From a virus, in IMG/VR virus record IMGVR_UViG_3300037851_000057, positions 1 to 64,000 of that record: 64,000 nt of DNA. One strand, written 5' to 3'. Position numbers and translations under genes: made by a program. The notes beneath the pieces were generated by a model. The model did not search any database, was not told where the DNA came from, and was given only the letters and a program-made list of their open reading frames with translations. Shown one piece after another: positions 26,495 through 33,799 of this stretch. The number at the start of each line of letters is the position of its first letter. The stretch's first letter is position 1.

Positions 26495-26772
26495 CACTTC
26501 CTCCCGTGTTCTCGGTCGCACAGCTCCTCGGCCGTGATGCCCAACCGAGCCGCCTCTTGTCGCAAGCTCAGCCCCCGAGCGATGCGGTCCTGGCGCCGGT
26601 TCTCGCCAAGGGCCAGCCGCGCCTCGAACCCCTCGTCCACCTCTCCCGTTCCGTTGCACATGAAGCATGGCATGGACCCGTACCCACCCGTCCGCTTTCC
26701 AGTCTTTGGATCCACACCATCCCAGAAGCACTCCATCGTCTTGCTACCGTGACAATGAGGGCACGTTGTCAT
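26494..26772 (-). CDS. zinc-finger plus XRE-like HTH protein (92 aa)
   Basis: CPHCHGS, CFMCNGTG, then RIARGLSLRQEAARLGITAEELCDRE (HTH). Confidence 0.55.
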   Translation of the reverse strand: MTTCPHCHGSKTMECFWDGVDPKTGKRTGGYGSMPCFMCNGTGEVDEGFEARLALGENRRQDRIARGLSLRQEAARLGITAEELCDREHGRK

Positions 26773-27068
26773 CCGTTTCCTCCGTGGCCCGGCCAGAAGA
26801 ACATGGGGGCCTTCACCTGGAACCCCACCGGCTCGGGGGCCCTCCGCTTCCGTTTCTTGTTCTGGGCCGCCGCCTCTCGCTCAGCCGTGCAGTTGGGGCA
26901 CTGGCACGGCATCCCGTTCAACACCGACCGAAACTTGTCCGCCAGCTCGTCCACCGCCTGGGCCATGTCCGTGGGCGCCTCGGGGTTGTGGCGGAGATCA
27001 TTCAACGCAAATTCCAGACACCGGAGAATCAGGTCCGCGTCTTGGAGCGTCAACGGGGTCACCATCAT
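26769..27068 (-). CDS. hypothetical protein with CQCPNC (99 aa)
   Basis: Trimmed to ATG 27068 (ATGA overlap). Confidence 0.5.
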   Translation of the reverse strand: MMVTPLTLQDADLILRCLEFALNDLRHNPEAPTDMAQAVDELADKFRSVLNGMPCQCPNCTAEREAAAQNKKRKRRAPEPVGFQVKAPMFFWPGHGGNG

Positions 27069-27430
27069 GACTTGGTTCCTTTCACTGGCACTTCCTTCCA
27101 GAGAGCCATTCCTTGCCACGCGCACAGGCATTGCCGCTGACCGTTCTTCCAGGGCTTCCCGCACGCCGGGTTGGCGCACACCCGCCGCACCTTCACCGGG
27201 GTGGCGTTGACCTTCGCCTCATCTCGGATGTTCTTGACCGTGAGCCGCACAAACGCCCGCCGCTCAGCCAACCTTGCTCGGTTGGCCGCCCACACGATGG
27301 CGCCCATGATGGTCACGTCCTTGTCCCGCGCCCGGTCGTAGCTCTTGCCACACGAGGGGCACATGAACGATTGCCCCCGAGCCCGCGGCTTCTCTTGGCA
27401 CACCACGCACAGGTCTGACTTCCGCTTCAT
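27065..27430 (-). CDS. zinc-finger protein (121 aa)
   Basis: CVVCQEK...CPSCGK. Trimmed to ATG 27430 (ATGA overlap). Confidence 0.5.
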   Translation of the reverse strand: MKRKSDLCVVCQEKPRARGQSFMCPSCGKSYDRARDKDVTIMGAIVWAANRARLAERRAFVRLTVKNIRDEAKVNATPVKVRRVCANPACGKPWKNGQRQCLCAWQGMALWKEVPVKGTKS

Positions 27431-28071
27431 TCCCAGAATCTCCCGTACTCCCGCTCCCGTCTTTTCTCCCGCCGAAGTCTGGAACGCAAGCTCTCCTCCA
27501 TCCACGCCCGCATCCAGCTTTTCGGGTTGTCTCGATTCAGCCGCCGCGCATACCGCCGCTTGAGCTTGGTCACCCCTTTCAGGTTGTCCGTACAAATGTC
27601 CGGCCACACGTCAAAGTAGATGCAGTCCCAGCACCGCCCCGTAGGAGCTTCCCAGGTGAAGGCATCCGCCTCCACCACTGTAAGCTTGACCGCCGCCTCC
27701 CCCACGTAGCGCCGAACCGCCACCTCCACGAGCTGGATGACGCCCGCGGACTTCTCCAACACAAGCACCGTCCGCACCTCGGGCTTCTGGAGCATGGGCA
27801 CGAGCACCATCCCGATGCCGAGCCCCGCCACGAGCACGTCCCCATGAGCCAGCCGAACGGCCTCGCTGTTGGTTCGCTTCTCGTGCTCCCCATCGCTCAT
27901 CATGAGCCCACCGTTGACGAACAGCCGAGCCATCGGGCCTGGGGCCATGGGCATGCGGTCCCGGATCATGGAAAAGAGCGCGGCATCCCGGCTCACTTCC
28001 ACATGGTCCACCCGGGCGTTGCCCGCCTCGCCCGAGGGCACCACCTCCACCATCGGCGTCCAAGTAGTCAT
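27427..28071 (-). CDS. class I SAM-dependent methyltransferase-fold protein (214 aa)
   Basis: Motif I-like VLVAGLGIGMVL, acidic beta2 end VLVLEKS, DCIYFDVW. Substrate unknown. Confidence 0.5.
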   Translation of the reverse strand: MTTWTPMVEVVPSGEAGNARVDHVEVSRDAALFSMIRDRMPMAPGPMARLFVNGGLMMSDGEHEKRTNSEAVRLAHGDVLVAGLGIGMVLVPMLQKPEVRTVLVLEKSAGVIQLVEVAVRRYVGEAAVKLTVVEADAFTWEAPTGRCWDCIYFDVWPDICTDNLKGVTKLKRRYARRLNRDNPKSWMRAWMEESLRSRLRREKRREREYGRFWE

Positions 28072-28523
28072 GACCCACGCCTCGCGTGTTCCTGGCACAT
28101 TCGCGCCCCGCACCCGTGGCATTGCACCGGGTCCTCGCACACGCACGCCACGCACCCGCACAAGAGGGTCCGTGGCTGGGGCTTGAGAGTGCAGCTCGAA
28201 TCCACCTCGATGGTCCGGTCACACGTATGGACTCGACGGTCCACCGGATGGGGGCACTCCTCCGTCCCGAGGGCCGCCTCCACGTTGCAGGCATGGCACT
28301 TCCCCCGGTAGGGCCCCACCTCAGCCAAGAGGGCCGCGTTCTCGTCCTCCAGCGTGTTGACATAGGCTCGGAGCGATTCCAGCTCCCGCTTCACGTCCAG
28401 CAACGTCCAGCCCCGGCCTTGGGCCTCTCCCCGCCAGAGTCGCCACAGCCGCCGCCAGCCCGCTACCGTTGTGGGAATCCGAATCCCCTCGGTTTGCAGC
28501 TTCCACCATTCCTCGCCGATCAT
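28068..28523 (-). CDS. Cys-rich protein (151 aa)
   Basis: ATG 28523 after GAGGAGAGCGAGTC. CHAC..C..C..CGCVACVC..CHGCG..C. Confidence 0.55.
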   Translation of the reverse strand: MIGEEWWKLQTEGIRIPTTVAGWRRLWRLWRGEAQGRGWTLLDVKRELESLRAYVNTLEDENAALLAEVGPYRGKCHACNVEAALGTEECPHPVDRRVHTCDRTIEVDSSCTLKPQPRTLLCGCVACVCEDPVQCHGCGARMCQEHARRGS

Positions 28524-29173
28524 GACTCGCTCTCCTCGAACATCTCCGTTTGCTGGCGCTTCACGTCAACCAACTCGATGCCCCGCTTCTCCAGCCGGTC
28601 CAGCTCCTCCTCCGTCTCGTCCCCCTTCACCACGTACTCCACCACCCGGGGGATGAACGCCGCGAACACGGCCGGTTGGTCCAGGGTCGTCGGGACTCCA
28701 GCCTTCACCCGGAAGGCCACCTTCCGATGGGCCAGGTACACCACCGTCTTGCCCGGCTCGAAGCCCTTGGGGAGCGCCGGGATGCGCCGCGAGATGCCCA
28801 TGGCCTGGGCCTCGCGGGAGAAGGCGTCCGCCGTGTCGTAGTAGGCGCCGCCCACCCAGAGAAGGCCCGCCGTCTCGGGCATACAGTCGCCGACCACGCA
28901 CGCCCGACACGCGCTCTTGCCCGCCAACGCGAGGGGAGCCGCCACTTCCATGCTGGCGAACGCGCACACCGCGTCCGAGAACAGGGCCCGCGGCTTGATC
29001 CATTGCCAGCCCCTCGTGGGCTTCACGCCCGCGCCGCATGTCGGGCAGACGTGCAACGGGAGGGGGAGCTTGCCACACGGTTGCTCCAGCTTCCCGCCCA
29101 CGAGGTACAGCCCGCCCTTCTTGCGGTAACCACACCCACGCTCGGACTCGTAGCTCACTCGGATGGATGCCAT
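28520..29173 (-). CDS. hypothetical conserved-looking protein with CPTC/CRAC (217 aa)
   Basis: Trimmed to ATG 29173 after GAGGAGAGCGACC. First gene downstream of promoter copy P3. Confidence 0.6.
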   Translation of the reverse strand: MASIRVSYESERGCGYRKKGGLYLVGGKLEQPCGKLPLPLHVCPTCGAGVKPTRGWQWIKPRALFSDAVCAFASMEVAAPLALAGKSACRACVVGDCMPETAGLLWVGGAYYDTADAFSREAQAMGISRRIPALPKGFEPGKTVVYLAHRKVAFRVKAGVPTTLDQPAVFAAFIPRVVEYVVKGDETEEELDRLEKRGIELVDVKRQQTEMFEESES

Positions 29174-29205
29174 GGTCGCTCTCCTCAGTTGAGGGCTCGC
29201 GCCCG

Positions 29206-29243
29206 CTTGATTGTCATTATACAGAATCAAGGGGGCATGTCAA
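29206..29243 (-). promoter_or_regulatory. promoter/operator module P3
   Basis: Minus strand: TTGACAtgccccCTTGATTCTGTATAATGACAATCAAGc. -35 = 29238-43. -10 = 29216-21. Arms match 8/10. Confidence 0.65.
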
Positions 29244-29302
29244 GCGCCTAATCGGCGCCCTGTTCCCGAACGGAGAAGCGCTCCAGGTCCATGTTGCGTC
29301 GG

Positions 29303-29848
29303 TCAGCCATGCCGCACCTCGAATGGATCGTAGATCCGTTTCCGCGGTTTGTATTCAGCCCGCAACCGTAAGCCCAATTCCAGCTCTACGATGTCTCGCA
29401 ATTCCTGGACCCCCTTCTGACCCATCCCCCTCCATTCCAGGATCTCAGAGGCTCGGTAACGAACCAAATCCCCCACCGTTTTCACGCCAGCCTTGAGACA
29501 CGCATTGGCCGTCCGTTTGCTGCACAACCCCGCCAGCCCCAATATGAGCTTTGCCCGATGCTCGGTTTCTTTCTCCTCCGCGGTCACAGCTCGAAGGCCG
29601 CCCTGGCCATCCGCAATGATGCGCTGAGCGGGAACTCCTCCTCTTTTGGTCCCGCCAATCCAGATTCGGAAGTGGTTTTCCCCACAGTAGTGGGCTTCGC
29701 CTGGGGCCAGCTTGGCGTCACGGTAGTCGTAGTATTTCACCGTCCGTTGGTTGTGGTGCCAACGATCTTCGATCTCCATGATGTAGCGACCCGAACCGTC
29801 CAGGAATCCCCAAAACTGTCCAGGTTTTAGTTGCCCGATCTTGTTCAT
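29303..29848 (-). CDS. protein with C-terminal RNA-polymerase alpha-CTD-like helix-hairpin-helix domain (181 aa)
   Basis: ..LCSKRTANACLKAGVKTVGDLVRYRASEILEWRGMGQKGVQELRDIVELELGLRL.. resembles RpoA alpha-CTD. Lower GC than the flanks. Confidence 0.45.
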   Translation of the reverse strand: MNKIGQLKPGQFWGFLDGSGRYIMEIEDRWHHNQRTVKYYDYRDAKLAPGEAHYCGENHFRIWIGGTKRGGVPAQRIIADGQGGLRAVTAEEKETEHRAKLILGLAGLCSKRTANACLKAGVKTVGDLVRYRASEILEWRGMGQKGVQELRDIVELELGLRLRAEYKPRKRIYDPFEVRHG

Positions 29849-30360
29849 GGCTTCTGCCCCCTTGGCCCCACGGGCGCCAAAGGCACCGCCGCAATGCCAC
29901 CCACCTTCCCCTTGCACCGCTCATTCCGTTCCACTTGCGCCTTGAGGATGCGGTAAGCCATTTCCTTGGAAGCATCGGTCGCGTGTTTGTCGAACGCATA
30001 GCCAAACCACTCCAGCTCAGCATCACCCGGATCGTGTACCTCGGCATTAGGCATCGTAGGCGCCCAGCCGTATTGTTCAATGTCCGCCTTCTCGTAATGA
30101 ATCAACTCCGCGCACACTCGCGGAATCCCGCCATCAGAGGGAAAGATCACCGTGTCCACCACGAAGTAGGTCCCCTCATCAGGGTTGGGACCACAAAAGT
30201 CCACCCAATCCCCTTTCCTCGGGAGGGCCGCCAAGGTCACCTTCTGAGCATGGAACGCTCGCTTCTTGTCGCCACCTTTCCCCCCATGTCGGCCACCATC
30301 CTCGTAGTAGCCCACCTCAATACACAACACCTCAATTCCAGACTTCTCACTTGTCCCCAT
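29845..30360 (-). CDS. hypothetical protein (171 aa)
   Basis: ATG 30360 after GAGGAGAGCGACA. Confidence 0.5.
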   Translation of the reverse strand: MGTSEKSGIEVLCIEVGYYEDGGRHGGKGGDKKRAFHAQKVTLAALPRKGDWVDFCGPNPDEGTYFVVDTVIFPSDGGIPRVCAELIHYEKADIEQYGWAPTMPNAEVHDPGDAELEWFGYAFDKHATDASKEMAYRILKAQVERNERCKGKVGGIAAVPLAPVGPRGQKP

Positions 30361-31450
30361 TGTCGCTCTCCTCTCTGGGGTCCTTGTCCAACGTCCTATA
30401 GACACTCCCATGATGAATCCACTCACGGTCACCAATCCACGCCGGCCGCCGAAACACCTTCTGGCCTCGCATGTTGATATACCGTTCCGCTTGCAACAGC
30501 ATGTAATGACCCTTGCGTTGATGCGGTATCGGGGAAACGTGAGTCCCCACGGCCTCCCGCCCATGCACCGGATAGTGCCTAACCGGGTCCAGCAATACGA
30601 TCCGCGGGGCCTCCTCATCCAACCAAGGGAACAGGCGCGTTGTCTTGGCCGCCTTCTTAGCCACCTTCTCCGATTGCGTTCTGGAGACGGGCTTCACGGT
30701 CACAAAATGCTCGGCCGTAGAGTCCAGGTAACCCAACGCCGGCACAATGCTCCCCATGTTGACCCCTATCTTGTGATGGCGGACTTCTTGGCTGTCACGC
30801 CCCACTTCAATCGTAGAGTCCCATGACACCATGCAAATCTCGTTGGCACTGTTTCCACGAACGAACATGAGGGTGAAGAACCACGTCGGGCAGACAAAAC
30901 GAGCCCGGTCCAGACACTCGGATTGATCTTCACGAAGTTGACCCGGGATAGGCTCGTTGGTGAACTCGTCCCGCGCCTCCAAGCGCCAGGACTCCACCAC
31001 GTACAACACTCGGTCAGGGGTGAACACTATCTCCCGCCCCTTCTCCGTTCCGAACACTCCGGTCGGTTCTCGCTTGGGGACCGGAAAATGAAACCCAACA
31101 CGATCAACCGCCCGAATCCAGGTGACCTGGGCACCCATCCGCATCCGCCCCATGTCAGGATTCCAGGGCCCACCGGCCGCGAGACTTTCCTCCTCCAACT
31201 CCTCGATGTAGTCCTCCTCGGCCATCACACAGGGCCAAAGGTACACGGCGTCATTCCAGAGAAGCCGGGGCCATGGTAGGGGCTTTTCCGGGCCCATCAC
31301 CCAGGTACTCGGGGAATTGGCGCGATAGTCACAGTGTCTCAGGTCCACAAGAACCGCTCGCATCCAAGCCCGGGCCATCTCTAACCCTTGTGTGTGAGAC
31401 AACGCCCGCGCCACCTCCCAATCCGGCCGCAATCGTTTCAGGTCTGTCAC
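30347..31450 (-). CDS. hypothetical protein (367 aa)
   Basis: Start set to GTG 31450 because it sits exactly behind GAGGAGAGCGAC. The track TTG 31498 lies inside a hairpin. Lower GC. Confidence 0.55.
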   Translation of the reverse strand: MTDLKRLRPDWEVARALSHTQGLEMARAWMRAVLVDLRHCDYRANSPSTWVMGPEKPLPWPRLLWNDAVYLWPCVMAEEDYIEELEEESLAAGGPWNPDMGRMRMGAQVTWIRAVDRVGFHFPVPKREPTGVFGTEKGREIVFTPDRVLYVVESWRLEARDEFTNEPIPGQLREDQSECLDRARFVCPTWFFTLMFVRGNSANEICMVSWDSTIEVGRDSQEVRHHKIGVNMGSIVPALGYLDSTAEHFVTVKPVSRTQSEKVAKKAAKTTRLFPWLDEEAPRIVLLDPVRHYPVHGREAVGTHVSPIPHQRKGHYMLLQAERYINMRGQKVFRRPAWIGDREWIHHGSVYRTLDKDPREESDNGDK

Positions 31451-31465
31451 GTCGCTCTCCTCGAT

Positions 31466-31497
31466 TGCTGCAAAATCAACCTTCCCGTTTTGCAGCA
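31466..31497 (-). promoter_or_regulatory. 10-bp perfect-stem hairpin TGCTGCAAAA-N12-TTTTGCAGCA immediately upstream of an RBS
   Basis: Read directly. The loop contains the stop codon of 31476..32129. The hairpin ends 3 nt before GAGGAGAGCGAC-GTG. CTGCAAA half-sites resemble the 28-bp palindrome core. Confidence 0.35.
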
Positions 31498-32129
31498 ACT
31501 TTCTCGATCCGCTTGAGCTTGGCCTCCCACTTCCTGAGCATGGTCTTGGCCAGCTTCACCTTCCGTTGCCACTTGGCGACCTGGGCCCGGACGTGGGCGT
31601 CCTTAGCCGCCTTGCGTTTCGCCTTCCGCTCGTCCAGCTCGGCCGCTCGCTCATCCTCAGTCGGCACCGGGGTCAGTCGGCCCGGACCACAGGCCAGCTC
31701 ACCACGCCGGTAGCGCCTCACCGCTTGGATGGCGTAGGCGTCCGCGTCCCGCTCGCTCAGCTTCCCCCGCGCACCCCACACCCGTGATCCCCGAGGGTGC
31801 TTCTCCTGCCACAGGTGGCGGATCTCGTGGGCCATGAGAAACACGGCCAGCTCGAAGATGCTGTAGACGGTCCCACCCAGGTAGCCCTTCCGCCGCGCCT
31901 TCGCCTCGAACGTGTGCGGGTACTTCTCCCGCTCGGAGATCCGAAGGTTCACAAATGACCGCGCCGTCGCGTGGTAGCCTGAGCCCCGGGTGTACGCCAC
32001 GGCCCTCGAACCCCACTTGGTATCGGTCACGCGGATGTCGAAGGCTTGCTTCAACCCGGACGGCCTCACGGCCTCAGCCAGCTCTTTGAGCCAACCCGTG
32101 TCCAGCTTTGTGGTGTTCTTGAGGGCCAT
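31476..32129 (-). CDS. putative zinc metallopeptidase (HExxH) with Lys-rich coiled-coil tail (217 aa)
   Basis: FLMAHEIRHLWQ. The C-terminal 60 aa are K/A/E-rich. ATG 32129 after GGGAGGAACGCC. Confidence 0.5.
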   Translation of the reverse strand: MALKNTTKLDTGWLKELAEAVRPSGLKQAFDIRVTDTKWGSRAVAYTRGSGYHATARSFVNLRISEREKYPHTFEAKARRKGYLGGTVYSIFELAVFLMAHEIRHLWQEKHPRGSRVWGARGKLSERDADAYAIQAVRRYRRGELACGPGRLTPVPTEDERAAELDERKAKRKAAKDAHVRAQVAKWQRKVKLAKTMLRKWEAKLKRIEKVAAKREG

Positions 32130-32148
32130 GGCGTTCCTCCCGTTGGGT

Positions 32149-32346
32149 TCAGACTTCCTTCGCCGACACCGCCGTCATGGTGATGCCATCCCGATCCAGC
32201 CCGCCGCCGCCCCTTTCCTGCATCGCCGTGTTAGCGAGGTTGATGATCTCGCTCACCGTGTTGACCACTTCCTCGGGGTAGTTCTGACCATTCTCTGGAA
32301 CGGTCGTCTCGACGCGCACGATCACTTCAAACGCTTGCTTCTTCAT
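32149..32346 (-). CDS. hypothetical protein (65 aa)
   Basis: ATG 32346 after GAGGAGAGCGTT. Confidence 0.5.
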   Translation of the reverse strand: MKKQAFEVIVRVETTVPENGQNYPEEVVNTVSEIINLANTAMQERGGGGLDRDGITMTAVSAKEV

Positions 32347-32434
32347 AACGCTCTCCTCTACCAAAGGCGGCATCCCCTTGTTGGTATTGATGCCGCGAAT
32401 CCACGTTTGGAAACACCTCTCGGTACGATTCCAG

Positions 32435-32875
32435 CTACCCTTGCTTCACCCCCTTGTACTCCCGCCCCAAAAGCGCCGGCTTGACGCACTCCGAACCAAA
32501 GGGAAACGCCCCTTGGCTCTCAGCCTCGGGCCAGGGCTTGTCCGGGGTGGTCCATTCCCCCGTGGTGCAATTCAGCTCCAGCCACATGGCCTTCCGCTTG
32601 ATGACCTTCCCGCACCGCTCGCACCGGACACCGGCCACCCGGTCAGCCACCTCGCCCAACCCGGGGAGGGCCGCCTGGGCACGGGTCAGGGCTTCCGTGG
32701 CCGTGCTTCCGTAGAACCGAGCCACGGGCTCCAGCTTTTGCCAGGGAGGGATGCCATGCTCGTGGACGATCCCCACCTCGTAGACGGTCGGGATGCCCCT
32801 CGCCTGGGGTTGCTCGATGACGAGCCGGTCCAGGTTGTTCACCACGTAGATGTTGGGGTTGGGGTTCTCGATCAC
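32435..32875 (-). CDS. hypothetical protein with CERCGK (146 aa)
   Basis: GTG 32875 overlaps the upstream stop (GTGA). AGGAGG upstream. Confidence 0.55.
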   Translation of the reverse strand: MIENPNPNIYVVNNLDRLVIEQPQARGIPTVYEVGIVHEHGIPPWQKLEPVARFYGSTATEALTRAQAALPGLGEVADRVAGVRCERCGKVIKRKAMWLELNCTTGEWTTPDKPWPEAESQGAFPFGSECVKPALLGREYKGVKQG

Positions 32876-33156
32876 GGCCGCACCTCCTTGACCTTAGTTT
32901 CGTACCCGAACGCCGCGAGGGCCGCAGCAATGCTCCCCGCGCAAACCGCGTGGAGCTGGTTGCCGAGCCTGAGCGCCACCCAGCACTCGACTCGGCCGAT
33001 GTCCCCCGTGACCACCACGAGGGCGTCCCCGCCCCGCCACTTCCAGCATTGGGTGGTGGGGAACCACCGACTCATGACCGGATGGTCGTAGCGGAGCGCC
33101 ACCGTCCGCTTGTCGATGCTCTCCTGGGCCACGATGTCGATGGTCAGCTTCCGCAT
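32872..33156 (-). CDS. hypothetical protein (94 aa)
   Basis: ATG 33156 after GAGGAGAGGACC. Confidence 0.5.
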   Translation of the reverse strand: MRKLTIDIVAQESIDKRTVALRYDHPVMSRWFPTTQCWKWRGGDALVVVTGDIGRVECWVALRLGNQLHAVCAGSIAAALAAFGYETKVKEVRP

Positions 33157-33166
33157 GGTCCTCTCC

Positions 33167-33463
33167 TCAGCCGCGATAGGCCACCACGTCCACGCCGCGG
33201 CGGGCTTGGGCGTAGTCGTACAGGTCCGCCAACACGTTCGCCCGAGGGTCCACGTCCCCGCGGAGCGTCGGCCGGTAGCCGTGATTGGCACCGTCCAACA
33301 GCTCGTTGAAAGACGTGGCCGCGGTCAGCTCTTTGGTGAGCTTGTCCGCGATGGCGAACGCCTCGTTGCCCGCGTTCACGTTGCCCGCGGCATGTTGCGC
33401 CACAAGCCGCTCCACCTTCGCGCTCAGCACCGCCGCTTCCTGTTTCTTGCTCGCCTTGCTCAT
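33167..33463 (-). CDS. hypothetical protein (98 aa)
   Basis: ATG 33463 after GAGGAGAGCGACG. First gene downstream of promoter copy P4. Confidence 0.55.
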   Translation of the reverse strand: MSKASKKQEAAVLSAKVERLVAQHAAGNVNAGNEAFAIADKLTKELTAATSFNELLDGANHGYRPTLRGDVDPRANVLADLYDYAQARRGVDVVAYRG

Positions 33464-33493
33464 CGTCGCTCTCCTCTGGGGACGTTGTGCCCT

Positions 33494-33531
33494 CTTGATT
33501 GTGATTATACACAATCAAGGAAGCACGTCAA
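33494..33531 (-). promoter_or_regulatory. promoter/operator module P4
   Basis: Minus strand: TTGACGtgcttcCTTGATTGTGTATAATCACAATCAAGag. -35 = 33526-31. -10 = 33504-09. Arms match 10/10. T9 tract just upstream. Confidence 0.65.
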
Positions 33532-33532
33532 C

Positions 33533-33557
33533 AAAAAAAAAGCTGGAGTCAGTCCAG
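33533..33557 (-). terminator. possible intrinsic terminator (5-bp stem CTGGA/TCCAG followed by C then T9)
   Basis: Lies 15 nt after the stop of 33572..33793 on the minus strand. The stem is weak. Confidence 0.35.
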
Positions 33558-33571
33558 AAAATGATCGTGAG

Positions 33572-33793
33572 CTATTTCGGAAGGTGAGAGTTGGACTTAG
33601 CGATGGTCAGAAAGCGTCGGAGAGCATCGAAGTAGATGTCCCGGTTCTCGACGGCACACGCGCCCGCCATTGCAGCGAGCTGGTTGTTCAAAGCGTGAAG
33701 GGTCGCTCCATCGGCCAAGCGATGGATCATCTCGCGGTAGGCCGTGATGCACTCCCAGCACCCACCGCTCGGGTGGATGGGGCAGGGCTTCAT
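33572..33793 (-). CDS. hypothetical protein (73 aa)
   Basis: Track ORF. CPIHPSGGCWEC at the N-terminus. Confidence 0.5.
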   Translation of the reverse strand: MKPCPIHPSGGCWECITAYREMIHRLADGATLHALNNQLAAMAGACAVENRDIYFDALRRFLTIAKSNSHLPK

Positions 33794-33799
33794 GGCGGA

